Shown: positions 51,648 through 62,566, counted from the first letter of the stretch. The stretch: 64,000 bases of DNA from an uncultured Methanolobus sp. (GCA_963675495.1 OY776215.1:1504001-1568000), one strand, 5' to 3'. Numbers and translations are program-made. Notes: generated by a model not told the origin, from the sequence alone.

Positions 51648-52177
51648 ACGATAAAGCACAGCTACATACCCTTGAGGGACTGGCTGCAGCAGTACTCATG
51701 ACCATGACCGTGCTCATAATCACAAATAGTACTATGATAGTCACTCCGCAAAATGAGATGGCCATAGATGTCCAGTTAGAGCAAATGGGCTTTGATGCAC
51801 TCACAGTTATTGACATAGTACCTAATTCATCAGCTCAGTCCAATACGACACCAATTCTTCATAACCTGACTGCCTGTATTGCAAGCTGGGATATGAATAA
51901 TGCCACATATCCCGCAAACAATCTTGAAAATCTTGATGACAGTCTTTCATATTTATTGCCTGATACATTATACAATGTCGACCTTGCATACTTTGAGAAC
52001 GGGAATCTGGAACAAAAAAGAGTGATCATCAAAGGGTCCCCCGGAAAAAACGCAGTCGTTGTACGACATTTTGTAACGCTTACAAACCAGACCGTATACA
52101 ACATGGGCGGCGGATGGAATCTGGACAACGATGAGTTAAGAGTCGTTGAAGTGAGGATGACAGCATGGAAAGTTTAA
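51644..52177 (+). CDS. Type IV pilin-like protein B, copy 2
   Basis: NDKA/QLHTLEGL; start is TTG 51644 or GTG 51638. Confidence 0.75.
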   Translation: MNDKAQLHTLEGLAAAVLMTMTVLIITNSTMIVTPQNEMAIDVQLEQMGFDALTVIDIVPNSSAQSNTTPILHNLTACIASWDMNNATYPANNLENLDDSLSYLLPDTLYNVDLAYFENGNLEQKRVIIKGSPGKNAVVVRHFVTLTNQTVYNMGGGWNLDNDELRVVEVRMTAWKV

Positions 52178-52629
52178 GAAAAGATACAAAAGGACAATGG
52201 ATAGCTCTTTCCGGACTTGTGTTATCACTAATAATCATAGGTCTTGCAGCACTTGCCAATCAGGCGGCAATGGCAGGGTACCACTCATCCAATGCTGCCC
52301 TTGAATTTCCGAAAGAGAACATACGCGAATTGAATTTGCATACAAGGGATAATGCAAAGATAATAAAGGACCTTTCTTTTGAGATAAACAAGACAAGTAA
52401 TGAAACGATACCCGTAATATATGGACAACTGTTCGAAAACTACAGTAATCAGATTGAAATGCTATATGCCACACACGGAGAAACTGTAGATGTATCACTG
52501 GTATCCATCAATTCCACCAACGGTACGTATGGCATTAATGATATTGACATTATTTTTGTAAATATCACATATAATGACGGAAGAACTCACTATGTCTCAG
52601 AACCTGAGGTCATTGAGGTGGGAGAATGA
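52165..52629 (+). CDS. Type IV pilin-like protein C, copy 2
   Basis: 148/154 aa identical to copy 1 (counted by hand). Confidence 0.75.
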   Translation: MESLRKDTKGQWIALSGLVLSLIIIGLAALANQAAMAGYHSSNAALEFPKENIRELNLHTRDNAKIIKDLSFEINKTSNETIPVIYGQLFENYSNQIEMLYATHGETVDVSLVSINSTNGTYGINDIDIIFVNITYNDGRTHYVSEPEVIEVGE

Positions 52630-53069
52630 AGCAGTTATTCAAAAATGAAGAGGGAGTATCAACTATATTTGAATATATATTGTTCACCCTGATGTGTATT
52701 GGTTTTTTTTCGATAATAACCCTCAATGCAGAGGACATATTCATAAATGACCCAAATGACGTTGTAATGAAAGATGAGATGACAGATATCGGAAACATGA
52801 TGAGTACAATGATAACAGACATGTACCTCATTGTACCTCCTAATGGCTACATTGACACTGAATACAGAACACCTGTAAGAGCCGGCAGAGAACAGTACAC
52901 CATCAATGCCGATATCGCATATACGGATCAGATAATAGAAGTTATCTCCCAAACATCTGGAAAGAAAGTAAGAGTTACGATCGGTGGAATTGCTACGACA
53001 ATGCCGATCAACGGTACTGCATCAAGCAGTTCCACAAATCATATGATCAGCTATGACTCAAGAAGATAG
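52626..53069 (+). CDS. Type IV pilin-like protein D, copy 2
   Basis: KNEEG/VSTIFEY. Confidence 0.75.
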   Translation: MKQLFKNEEGVSTIFEYILFTLMCIGFFSIITLNAEDIFINDPNDVVMKDEMTDIGNMMSTMITDMYLIVPPNGYIDTEYRTPVRAGREQYTINADIAYTDQIIEVISQTSGKKVRVTIGGIATTMPINGTASSSSTNHMISYDSRR

Positions 53070-53787
53070 AAGAGATGCAGCAGTTTCTGAAACACTGGGA
53101 TATATCCTGCTGTTTGCAATTGTGACCTTATCAATGGGAGTGATCTATGCGATCGGATACCCTGCATTGCAATCAAGTATCGATACGAACATATTCGAAA
53201 GTGCAGAACAGAATTTTATTGTGCTTCAAAGCAATATGGATAGAGTGGCATTTGACCAGACACCTGTTAAGGTTCACAAAATGAAACTCCAAAGCTCTAT
53301 GATCTCAGTGAGTAACGAGTCGTCGATGACCATTACTTATGATAGCAATCCACCATTGCCCATACCTAGCGGGAAGATAGAGTTTGAAAAGGATGGGAAG
53401 ACAGTTGCTTATGAAATGGGAAGTGTCTTTAAAACTTACCCTTCAGGTTCCACATTAATGGTATCAAAACCCCCCATCTATACCAGCACCATAGATAACG
53501 TTAATACAACAACCATAGGAATCGTTTCAGTAAATGGGCATTCCAGTGTGTCGGGAAAAGGTATAGCCACACTTAACCTTCAGCATAATTCTAGTTCTAT
53601 GGATATGACGTCATCACCAACGAATCTGACTGTCCAGATAAACAGTACACATGCTTCCAAATGGGGAGAATACCTTGAAGATGTAGGTTTTTCAGTAGCT
53701 AACACCACAAAATCATCAGTTACTGCCCATAAGAACGATACGATGGTGATACGTAGCGAACACGTGGTAGATGTAGATATTTCCTGA
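53053..53787 (+). CDS. Type IV pilin-like protein E, copy 2
   Basis: RRDAA/VSETLGYILL. Confidence 0.8.
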   Translation: MTQEDRRDAAVSETLGYILLFAIVTLSMGVIYAIGYPALQSSIDTNIFESAEQNFIVLQSNMDRVAFDQTPVKVHKMKLQSSMISVSNESSMTITYDSNPPLPIPSGKIEFEKDGKTVAYEMGSVFKTYPSGSTLMVSKPPIYTSTIDNVNTTTIGIVSVNGHSSVSGKGIATLNLQHNSSSMDMTSSPTNLTVQINSTHASKWGEYLEDVGFSVANTTKSSVTAHKNDTMVIRSEHVVDVDIS

Positions 53788-54201
53788 GGATGATCCGTTG
53801 ATTCAACATTAATGGATCTCCACTTTTTCTTTCTTCTTTTTTTAGGTATTTGCAGGACTAAAGCAATTGAGTGATAATACAGATTTCTGGTTACAAGCAT
53901 ATCAAATGTTTGAAACTCATAATGAAAACACATGATATGATACTTGTCAGATCATCAGATTATGATACAATATTTTTAAAGAAGCAATCCTTCTATCTGG
54001 ATTTATTCTTGCACTGTAAGCTAAGACATTATAGAAAATACTGACCCATGCAAGCTGAATACTTCTGCGGCAAATATACCGATCATTATGAGAAATAAGG
54101 ATTTATTGACAGGAAGAGAGCCATCGGCATAAAAGAAAAAAAGAATATTTATCTAAAGAAAAGAAAATAATATGCTCCGAACAACGTCCGAAGCATCTGT
54201 T

Positions 54202-57200
54202 TTAGCTGATACTTATCATTCCTTTTGGTCTGAAATACACCGTATCAACGTCCACAACCATATTGCTTGAATTGTTTACATGGTACCCATATGAAGTAAT
54301 GTAAGCTTTACCGGCAATTGCACTTGTGAAATTAATAGTTTCTGAACCAAAAACAGTTACATTGACTTGGTTCTCATAATTCCCGAAATAACCGACGTTA
54401 CTATAAAGATACACATAGGCTATGGCAGGATTGCCTTCTGAGTCTTTTACTGTTAAACTGATATTAGTCGAATTATCAACCAGTATTATGTTCTCGTCAG
54501 GCTCAACATCCAGATGTTTCAGTGAATAGGAAGAGATATCTGCAAAACCTCCACTCACACTTGTACCTCCTGCACTGGGTACGTTAACTGAGATGATTTC
54601 AGAACTCAGATCTGTGTATGTTACTGAGGAACTTGATAGGATAACGGGAATATATCCCACACCTTCGACTCGCATCTGATACCATAGACCCCATTTATCG
54701 CCGGAGTCCATATTTGGTAAATACCATTTAAGTGTTTTTTTATCATTTGTTGTTGTAACAGTCGGCTCGGCATTGCCTGTTGAAGGTGACTTCGGTGTCT
54801 GGAATACAGTCGCATTTCCACGTGTAGCATTGCTGCTCCCTGAGACATAAGTGACCTTTGCAGCCGATAATGGTGTAATATAATTGTAAGGGACATCAAT
54901 ATTCATTGCAGTACCACTTGCCGAGAAATTTGTGATATCCGCGGCAATTCCCCGGAAGATATCCTTCAATACACTGGAATTAGGTGCAAAATAATATTCT
55001 CCACCTGTCATTATTGCAATTTCTTCCAGCATAGGATCTACTTCAGACTCGTCATTACCGAATCCTACTGTATAGATAATGGAATCGTTATCTTTTGCCT
55101 TATATGCTTCCTCCAGCAGGGAGTGGTAACCTGCGTTGTCCATACCATCTGACATGATGATTATTGTGGAGTTACCTTCCACTGAGGAAAGCTCATTATT
55201 AGCGAGCTCATTGTTGGCAACGAACAGACCTTCATCAATTGCAGTCAGCCCGTCTGCAGTCATCGTATCAATTACATTTTCAAGGTGACTGAGCGTATCA
55301 TTTTCAAATGTTGAAGCAGCACTGGCTGTCCACTGGTTCCACTGAACAGGTGTATCCTCTACAATGTTTTCTTTATCATCCACCACCATGTCAAAACATT
55401 CGAACAGCTTTGTGGATGATGTTTCCATTTCATTGATATAGGTCCAGGAAGAGCCATCCCATTTCTGCAAAGTAATATCATGACTACCATCCGATGCCAT
55501 AAGGAATATATCATCGGTTTCCGGCACCGTTGTTAGCTTCACCCAGCGCGTGTAACCGCTTCCAAGATGAATTGCTGAGGCCTCAGCACTCCACTTTGAC
55601 CCATCCCACGTGCGATACTTTGGTATGTATGAGCTATCACCCCATACAACTATACCTTCACCACTGGACATTTCAAAGGCAACATCTATCGATCTTCTGT
55701 TAACTTCATAGACACCAGTTTCAACTTCAAGTAACTCTTCCCATTCAGAACCATCCCATACGGCTGCATGGACGTCTTTATGGTCATCCTGTGTGGCCAC
55801 AAGTATTTCCCCGGAATTGGGATTGGCTGCCATTTTTATCCAATAGACGTGTTCATTAGAAGCATACAGGGTTTCTTCATCATCCCATTCTTCTTCATCG
55901 GCATCCCACATACAATATTTTACATAGCCAGACTGATCATACCATGAAACCATTGCCCTTCCTGGCTCTTCATCTTCTTCATCCTGCTCATAAACAACAT
56001 CAAAACACTGGTAGCCGTCCTGACTTGCATTAGTTGCTAGTTCTACAAACTCGCCCCATGAGGAGCCATCCCATACACTTCCATGGATGTCTCCTGCACT
56101 ATCAAGTGTCACAAGAACCATATCATTGGATCCCGGGTCTTCTGCAAGATGAATCCATTCAATACTACCATTTCCTGTGGGACTGAAGCCTTCGACTGCA
56201 GTAGCATTATTCCATGAAGAACCATCCCATACACTGTAAAGAGGAGTGGAATTGCTCACATTCATATCCATATAAACAACCACGGCATCTCCTGATGACT
56301 GTTCATACTTTATATCAAAACTTCTTGTGTAATAGTCCTGTGATACGTCAAAATACGGATCATTATCCAGGTTCTCAGAGAGCTCGTCCACATCACCCCA
56401 GGAAGAACCGTCCCACACCTGTGCATTCAGGTTCATGAAATCATTTGCACTGCACATAATTATCTCGGAGTTCATAGGATTGGATTCCAGTTTCAGGTAG
56501 TAAGGCCAGCCACCTACGTGGTTAGCACTTTGTTCAGCGGACCATGAATCACCCCCCTCCCATGTACGGAACTTAGGAGTGGAACCGTCTCCGCTGGCAT
56601 CATAATATGCAGCCATGATTTTATCCAGTACAGTTGTTGAATCCTCTATTGTGAATTGTGTATCAGTGAAGGAATTGTCTCCTTTGACAATATCCAGATG
56701 ATACGTATTCCCTGCCGTGAGTGTTTTGGAAATTTCGCATGAAGAAGTGCCACTTGACGAGGCTACAATGTCTGCACCATCATAAAGATTGATATCTATC
56801 AGTGAGCCATCGTTCCAGCCCACATCAAATGTGTAGTACCCGTCACTCTGCGCAGTGAAATAACCTACCCACGTACTATTGTCCAGAACATAACTTGTTT
56901 GAGTATTACTTAATTCCAGACCTTCAAAACTGTACAAGGCAAGTCCTGCTTTATCGCCCCTGCTTTCATCGAAGCTGGACATAAACGCATGAGAGGACAA
57001 CTGAGTCGCACTCTTCTTGTCTATATATGTAGAGATGGTAAAATCCTCTGTACCTGTACCAAAACCTATAACTTCAACTGTCCAGTTACCCATTTCAACT
57101 GTATCAACATCATCATCAGGATAGACAGTGAACACAGGGCGAATCCAGATATACTCGGAAGTATTGCTTTCTACATAGTATCCCCGGCTGTCGTTGGTAA

Positions 57201-60183
57201 TACTATATACATATCCGGAAGGACTCGTTAGCTGAAGATGAAGATTGTTGTCACTGTCTTCCCAATCAAGTTGGACCTTAAGGTCATTTATTGTTTCGTT
57301 GATCAGGAAAGTGTTATTGTAGGACTGGTCAATATTTGGCATATCCCATATCAAACTATAAGGATCACTATTAAGAGGGAAATACCCCATAAGTGAAGCT
57401 ATCACATAATCATTCCAGATAACCTCTATGTTCCTTCCGGCATTACCATATTCACTCATGTTCAGATATAGCCGGTACTCCCAAAATGTTACATTGTTAG
57501 AACCAGGTTTTAATGAGCCACTCAGGTCGTATTCATAATCTGCCCACTGATTATTAACGCTTGAAACCATTGATTCAGGGACTAATGTAAAGTTATCCCC
57601 ATTCAATTGTATAAGGCATTCTCCTGCTGTGGAACCACCATAATCCGACCCAGCGTCAAAAATATAATCCAGATCATATCCTTCGAATTGCAACAGAACA
57701 TCATCGTCTATGAATTCATCCATTTCCAGAGAATCCCGGAATGTATAATCATACGGAGTGAAACCGTCCACGCCAAAATCGACATCTGTGGCGTCATAAT
57801 CACTCAGTTCCTGGGCGATACTGGCGTATATTCCTTTTAGTTCGGAACTTGTTGGCGCGTTGTAATATTTGCCACCGGTTTCTGATGCTATATGCATTAA
57901 CAATGATTCATCAAGGTTGTTTCCCAGACCTATTGTATAAATCATGATGTCATTTGCCAAGGCATCATCAATTGCAGTGTCACCTCTTTGATCTTCACCT
58001 GTATTGGTATTTCCGTCTGTTAAAACTATCATTGCTCTTTTAGCAATTGAACGACCATCGTCAATAAGCAGGTCATTTGCATCACTCATACCTTCACCCA
58101 TTGCAGTTGCACCGCCATCCACCACACCATCAATTGAATTGTGTGCAAGGCTGATATTGTCGTATGAATTCAGATGAGTAAGACCCAGATCAGTAGAACT
58201 TGTATATGCAAATGAAACAAGACCTACCTCGGCGTTAGAAGTCAGATGATCTACAAAATCTTTTGCTGCCGTTTTTGCATCAGCTATTGGTGTTCCCGAC
58301 ATACTTCCAGAACGGTCCATTACAAGAACAACATCAAGAGGGCTACCGACATAATAATCCGGATCCATACTTCCTGAACGATCAAGGACGAGCATGGCAC
58401 TTGCTGCAGGCCTTACGATTGGAAGTTCACCTTCTATAGAGATTACCGTTGTCACATTTACAAGAGAACCACTTTCTATTTTAGGAGGAGCTACAGAAAT
58501 ATTTATGCTCATGAATGGTTCAGCTTTAATACTAATATTAGTTAAGCTACTGAAATTACCACTTGTAGCTACAATACTTGTGTTCCCTGAAACATTGCCT
58601 GTAAAAACAGCATATATCCGGCCAGTTGAGTCAGTAGTGGCATTAATGTAGTCAATGGAGCTCTTACCAGCAATTCTCAATGTTCCTGTCGTTGTATTGG
58701 TATTATTAAGTGTTAAAGGGATAGACGATAGTGCGTGACCCCATTGGTCCAAAGCAACACAATTGATTGTTGAGTTATGATTGCCACTTTGAGTTTGATC
58801 CAGCACAGCATTTGGGACAGCATAAAAGTCGATAGAATGCAGTGAATCTGCGGTGAAATCCAGCACACTGCTATTTGTGAAGCCGGTATATCCGGATTCG
58901 TTTCTGTAAGTGGCGGTTACCGAAACAGACTCAACATATGGAGTCGGACCCAGTTTAATATCTGCATGACCCAGTGTGTTCAAGGGAACCAATACTGAAC
59001 CAGTACTCGTTGAAAAACGGACCTGTTCCTTAATGCTGCTTGTAAGTGGCAATATTGGATTAAGGAACTGGTCTACAGGCCGGCCTGACAATGTGTAGTA
59101 GTCCATATTATTTGCGATTGCACTTTCCGGATTACTTATGAGGAAGAACTTGTCAATATTATCAGCAAGGCCGGTTATTGTGATGTTATGCTGCAGTGAG
59201 CTGTTAGCAACACCAATGGTGATTATGTTCTTACCTGAGCTCTTATCGGTTGTAAAAACATTACTGAATTGTCCATTAGCATCAGTTAACCCACTATAAG
59301 CATTTACATAAGCTGAATTATATGATATCGGACTGTTGTAATCGGTATTTTCAGGAGGAGTTACATTGAATGTGACATTTGCATTTTCGATATGGTTTGA
59401 ATATCGATCATAAACAAAAACATTGACATTTGAACTGGTATTAACAGTATAATCATCGTCATATGAAATTCTCATTGAACCCGGGGACCCGGGAACTATC
59501 TGAAGGTGTGTGCTATTTGACGCCAGGCTAGCAGAAGAATCAATTGAAATATCTCCTGCAACTGTCGAGTTCAGATTCAATACAGCACAATTTGATGAGC
59601 CACTTGAGTATGATTCATTCGAATGAGTATTGTTCACATCTAAAAATACGACACTACCCACAGAAACAGACAGGTCAATATCGTGCACCTGAATGCCGAA
59701 TTGATTATGAATAACTATGTTCAGGTTGATCGGGTCATTTGAATTGAGGTTTCCAAAAATATCTTCAGGATAGAATGTAATGTTAGTTACATTACCCGCA
59801 GTATTAACAGAATGGTTAGCCTGAACTATAAGAGAAGATGTTTCCAGTGGCAAGACCGTTACATTTGTGAGATTATAAGCGCTGCCTGTGCTTGCATTGA
59901 TATGTGCTATTCCCGAGGCGGTGGAGTTAATAGATATTTCTGCAATACCTGAAGAATCAGAGTATTTAGAAGAGGAGCTAAGAGTTCCCATATCTGTTGT
60001 GAAATTCACCAGTGAATTATTCACAGGTGTCCCATTATCCGTAATCACTACACTTATATTGACAGGATCGCCAGCGTTGCTTTGGATGTTCTGTGTCAGA
60101 AATTCAACATCCAATGCCAAAGCGGATAATGAAAATATAAGAAATATCAAGAAAATATATAGAATATTTTTAAAGTGTCCCAT
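54202..60183 (-). CDS. Giant secreted vWA/Ig-like/beta-propeller adhesin-like protein, copy 2 (1993 aa)
   Basis: Colinear paralog of 44868-50399 with an extra ~135-aa segment. Confidence 0.85.
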   Translation of the reverse strand: MGHFKNILYIFLIFLIFSLSALALDVEFLTQNIQSNAGDPVNISVVITDNGTPVNNSLVNFTTDMGTLSSSSKYSDSSGIAEISINSTASGIAHINASTGSAYNLTNVTVLPLETSSLIVQANHSVNTAGNVTNITFYPEDIFGNLNSNDPINLNIVIHNQFGIQVHDIDLSVSVGSVVFLDVNNTHSNESYSSGSSNCAVLNLNSTVAGDISIDSSASLASNSTHLQIVPGSPGSMRISYDDDYTVNTSSNVNVFVYDRYSNHIENANVTFNVTPPENTDYNSPISYNSAYVNAYSGLTDANGQFSNVFTTDKSSGKNIITIGVANSSLQHNITITGLADNIDKFFLISNPESAIANNMDYYTLSGRPVDQFLNPILPLTSSIKEQVRFSTSTGSVLVPLNTLGHADIKLGPTPYVESVSVTATYRNESGYTGFTNSSVLDFTADSLHSIDFYAVPNAVLDQTQSGNHNSTINCVALDQWGHALSSIPLTLNNTNTTTGTLRIAGKSSIDYINATTDSTGRIYAVFTGNVSGNTSIVATSGNFSSLTNISIKAEPFMSINISVAPPKIESGSLVNVTTVISIEGELPIVRPAASAMLVLDRSGSMDPDYYVGSPLDVVLVMDRSGSMSGTPIADAKTAAKDFVDHLTSNAEVGLVSFAYTSSTDLGLTHLNSYDNISLAHNSIDGVVDGGATAMGEGMSDANDLLIDDGRSIAKRAMIVLTDGNTNTGEDQRGDTAIDDALANDIMIYTIGLGNNLDESLLMHIASETGGKYYNAPTSSELKGIYASIAQELSDYDATDVDFGVDGFTPYDYTFRDSLEMDEFIDDDVLLQFEGYDLDYIFDAGSDYGGSTAGECLIQLNGDNFTLVPESMVSSVNNQWADYEYDLSGSLKPGSNNVTFWEYRLYLNMSEYGNAGRNIEVIWNDYVIASLMGYFPLNSDPYSLIWDMPNIDQSYNNTFLINETINDLKVQLDWEDSDNNLHLQLTSPSGYVYSITNDSRGYYVESNTSEYIWIRPVFTVYPDDDVDTVEMGNWTVEVIGFGTGTEDFTISTYIDKKSATQLSSHAFMSSFDESRGDKAGLALYSFEGLELSNTQTSYVLDNSTWVGYFTAQSDGYYTFDVGWNDGSLIDINLYDGADIVASSSGTSSCEISKTLTAGNTYHLDIVKGDNSFTDTQFTIEDSTTVLDKIMAAYYDASGDGSTPKFRTWEGGDSWSAEQSANHVGGWPYYLKLESNPMNSEIIMCSANDFMNLNAQVWDGSSWGDVDELSENLDNDPYFDVSQDYYTRSFDIKYEQSSGDAVVVYMDMNVSNSTPLYSVWDGSSWNNATAVEGFSPTGNGSIEWIHLAEDPGSNDMVLVTLDSAGDIHGSVWDGSSWGEFVELATNASQDGYQCFDVVYEQDEEDEEPGRAMVSWYDQSGYVKYCMWDADEEEWDDEETLYASNEHVYWIKMAANPNSGEILVATQDDHKDVHAAVWDGSEWEELLEVETGVYEVNRRSIDVAFEMSSGEGIVVWGDSSYIPKYRTWDGSKWSAEASAIHLGSGYTRWVKLTTVPETDDIFLMASDGSHDITLQKWDGSSWTYINEMETSSTKLFECFDMVVDDKENIVEDTPVQWNQWTASAASTFENDTLSHLENVIDTMTADGLTAIDEGLFVANNELANNELSSVEGNSTIIIMSDGMDNAGYHSLLEEAYKAKDNDSIIYTVGFGNDESEVDPMLEEIAIMTGGEYYFAPNSSVLKDIFRGIAADITNFSASGTAMNIDVPYNYITPLSAAKVTYVSGSSNATRGNATVFQTPKSPSTGNAEPTVTTTNDKKTLKWYLPNMDSGDKWGLWYQMRVEGVGYIPVILSSSSVTYTDLSSEIISVNVPSAGGTSVSGGFADISSYSLKHLDVEPDENIILVDNSTNISLTVKDSEGNPAIAYVYLYSNVGYFGNYENQVNVTVFGSETINFTSAIAGKAYITSYGYHVNNSSNMVVDVDTVYFRPKGMISIS

Positions 60184-60395
60184 AGAAATACCTCGGTGTT
60201 GCCCTTGTTAACCAACCATATAATTGAAAGATAAGTGCCTATCTAAATTATGACATATGTGTAATAGATATATACTTACCAATATAAAGTAGTTCTTATA
60301 TTATAAAATAGTATAATTTGAGTATAATTAAACCCATGTTTACGAAAACCTTAAATCCGGCACACCCATTAACAAATCTCATTAAGGTGAAGTTC

Positions 60396-60827
60396 ATGAA
60401 GAAAGCAATCATTGAAACCGATAAAGGAACCATTGTTCTGGAACTGTTCGAGAAGGATGCACCAAAGACCGTAGCAAACTTCGAGAAGCTAATCAAAGAA
60501 GGATTCTATGACGGACTCACATTCCACAGAGTAATCCCAAACTTTATGATCCAGGGTGGATGTCCATCAGGAACCGGCACAGGCGGCCCGGGTTATTCAA
60601 TAAAGTGTGAAACAAAAAACAACCCACGCAAACACGGCAAAGGCGCACTTTCAATGGCACATGCCGGAAAAGATACAGGTGGAAGCCAGTTCTTCATCAC
60701 ACACTCACCACAGCCACACCTTGACGGCGTACACACTGTCTTTGGTCAGGTAATTGAAGGCATGGATGTCGTCAATAAGATCAAGGGAAAAGACGTAATG
60801 AAAAAACTCACAGTCGTCGAAGAATAA
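60396..60827 (+). CDS. Cyclophilin-type peptidyl-prolyl cis-trans isomerase
   Basis: [41 protein letters not shown]; RBS AGGTGA. Confidence 0.95.
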   Translation: MKKAIIETDKGTIVLELFEKDAPKTVANFEKLIKEGFYDGLTFHRVIPNFMIQGGCPSGTGTGGPGYSIKCETKNNPRKHGKGALSMAHAGKDTGGSQFFITHSPQPHLDGVHTVFGQVIEGMDVVNKIKGKDVMKKLTVVEE

Positions 60828-60999
60828 CTCAACATTGACTTTTTTTGCAGCATCTTTGGTGCTGCATTTTCTGTTTTTAAGCATACCTTTTTAATTCTCC
60901 TGTATTCTCTATATATTATCAGAAGTGCATATGTCTAGTAGAATCACTCAGGTGCCTGCTAACTTAGAAACATTTTAATAGCAGAAGACGAAAGAAGAG

Positions 61000-61023
61000 C
61001 GTTATGTGCGGTTGAACATAACG
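61000..61023. promoter_or_regulatory. ModE-like operator upstream of modABC
   Basis: Perfect palindrome CGTTATGT-N8-ACATAACG. Confidence 0.7.
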
Positions 61024-61083
61024 AATGGAGAATCAGTCTTCACCATTAAAGTCCAACTGACCAAATATAGAAAGGTAATGATC

Positions 61084-61872
61084 ATGGAACAAAACAAAAA
61101 ACTGATCCTGGCTATTGCAGCTATACTGACAGTTGTACTCTTTGTAAGTGGATGTGCAGACAAGGATGTAGAGCAGGTAGAAGTTACAACGGTTACAATA
61201 TCCGCTGCAGCAAGCCTCACCGAGGCTTTTAGTGATATCGAAGAACAATTTGAAAACGAGAATCCTACGATAGATTTAAATTTCAACTTTGCAGGGTCGG
61301 GAACTCTAAGAATGCAGATAGAAGGTGGTGCACCCATAGATGTGTTTGCATCCGCATCACAAAGCCACATGAACCTGCTAAGTGAGCAATCTTTGATAGA
61401 GGAAGATTCAAGGACAAATTTTGCAGAGAACACAGTAGTACTTATAGCCCCTATTGACAGTGAGCTCAATATTACCAACCCTGATGACCTGATGGATCCA
61501 GGAATTGAAACAATATGTATCGGAAATCCTGAAACCGCTCCTGTGGGCAAATATACAGTAGAAGCACTCAAAGAGAATGGACTATGGAATACACTTGAGA
61601 CAAAGACCATACTTGCAGAGAATGTAAAGCAGGTGCTAGTATATGTTGAGAGGAGTGAAATTGATGCAGGATTTGTCTACAGGACGGATGCAATGACAGC
61701 AGAACCCGATACTATCGAGATTAAAGCAACGTTGCCTACAGTAACACCCATAAGTTACCCCATAGCTGTAGTTTCAACATCAGAACATAAAGAAGAAGCA
61801 CAGAGATTTGTAGATTTTGTAATCTCAGATGAAGGTATATCAATTCTTGACTCATACGGATTTACTGCATAA
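61084..61872 (+). CDS. modA: Molybdate/tungstate ABC transporter substrate-binding lipoprotein
   Basis: Lipobox VSGC, SAAASL, FAGSGTL, GAPIDVFASA, PVGKY, VYRTDA. Confidence 0.93.
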   Translation: MEQNKKLILAIAAILTVVLFVSGCADKDVEQVEVTTVTISAAASLTEAFSDIEEQFENENPTIDLNFNFAGSGTLRMQIEGGAPIDVFASASQSHMNLLSEQSLIEEDSRTNFAENTVVLIAPIDSELNITNPDDLMDPGIETICIGNPETAPVGKYTVEALKENGLWNTLETKTILAENVKQVLVYVERSEIDAGFVYRTDAMTAEPDTIEIKATLPTVTPISYPIAVVSTSEHKEEAQRFVDFVISDEGISILDSYGFTA

Positions 61873-61888
61873 AACGGAATAAAAGACA

Positions 61889-62557
61889 ATGCTGGACGAG
61901 ATTGGGTTTCCCCTTTTGATCACACTGAAAATAGCGATAATATCTACCCTTCTGGTAGCACTGATAGGCGTGGTCATATCCTATTTGCTCGCAAGACGTG
62001 ATTTTAAGGGGAAATGGCTCGCAGATGTCATTGTCACTTTGCCCCTCGTACTTCCCCCTACAGTAACAGGATATCTTCTGGTCGTATTGCTGGGAAAGAA
62101 CGGAATCTTTGGGGAAATATTGTACAACATCACAGGATGGAACATACTTTTCACATGGGAAGCGGCCGTCATTGCAGCTTTTATCGTATCGCTTCCACTT
62201 ATGGTGAAAACAACTACTGCTGCCATTGAAGCGGTTGACAGGGAATATGAATACGCAGCATTTACCCTTGGAAGAAAGGAGATTGAAACAGCCTTTATGA
62301 TAACACTTCCACTTGCCAAAAAAGGAATTCTGGCAGGCATTGTACTTAGTTTTGCAAGAGCTGTGGGAGAATTCGGTGCAACACTAATGGTTGCAGGAAA
62401 TATCCCAGGTCGAACTAACACAATGTCTATTTCAATATACAGTGCATTCCAGGCAGGAAACGGTGAACTTGCCAATATGCTGGTGATCATACTTGTAACA
62501 ATGTCCCTGCTATCTATGGCCATAACTGCAAAACTTGTAAACAGCTGGAAGATATGA
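61889..62557 (+). CDS. modB: Molybdate ABC transporter permease
   Basis: LPLVLPPTVTG, FARAVGEFGAT, GNIPGRT. Confidence 0.93.
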   Translation: MLDEIGFPLLITLKIAIISTLLVALIGVVISYLLARRDFKGKWLADVIVTLPLVLPPTVTGYLLVVLLGKNGIFGEILYNITGWNILFTWEAAVIAAFIVSLPLMVKTTTAAIEAVDREYEYAAFTLGRKEIETAFMITLPLAKKGILAGIVLSFARAVGEFGATLMVAGNIPGRTNTMSISIYSAFQAGNGELANMLVIILVTMSLLSMAITAKLVNSWKI

Positions 62558-62566
62558 GGTAGTATA

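Larger units (their letters stand above)
41420..60210. repeat. Tandem segmental duplication (approx. 41420-50430 and 50620-60210) of the pilin-adhesin cassette
   Basis: Same six genes in the same order and orientation; offset about 9.2 kb in the pilin genes; similar upstream AT-rich promoter sequences. Confidence 0.92.

Noticed and set aside
41300-60395. Pilin-adhesin region as a mobile element
   Set aside because: No integrase, transposase, att-like repeats or flanking tRNA seen; it is best explained as a local tandem duplication.
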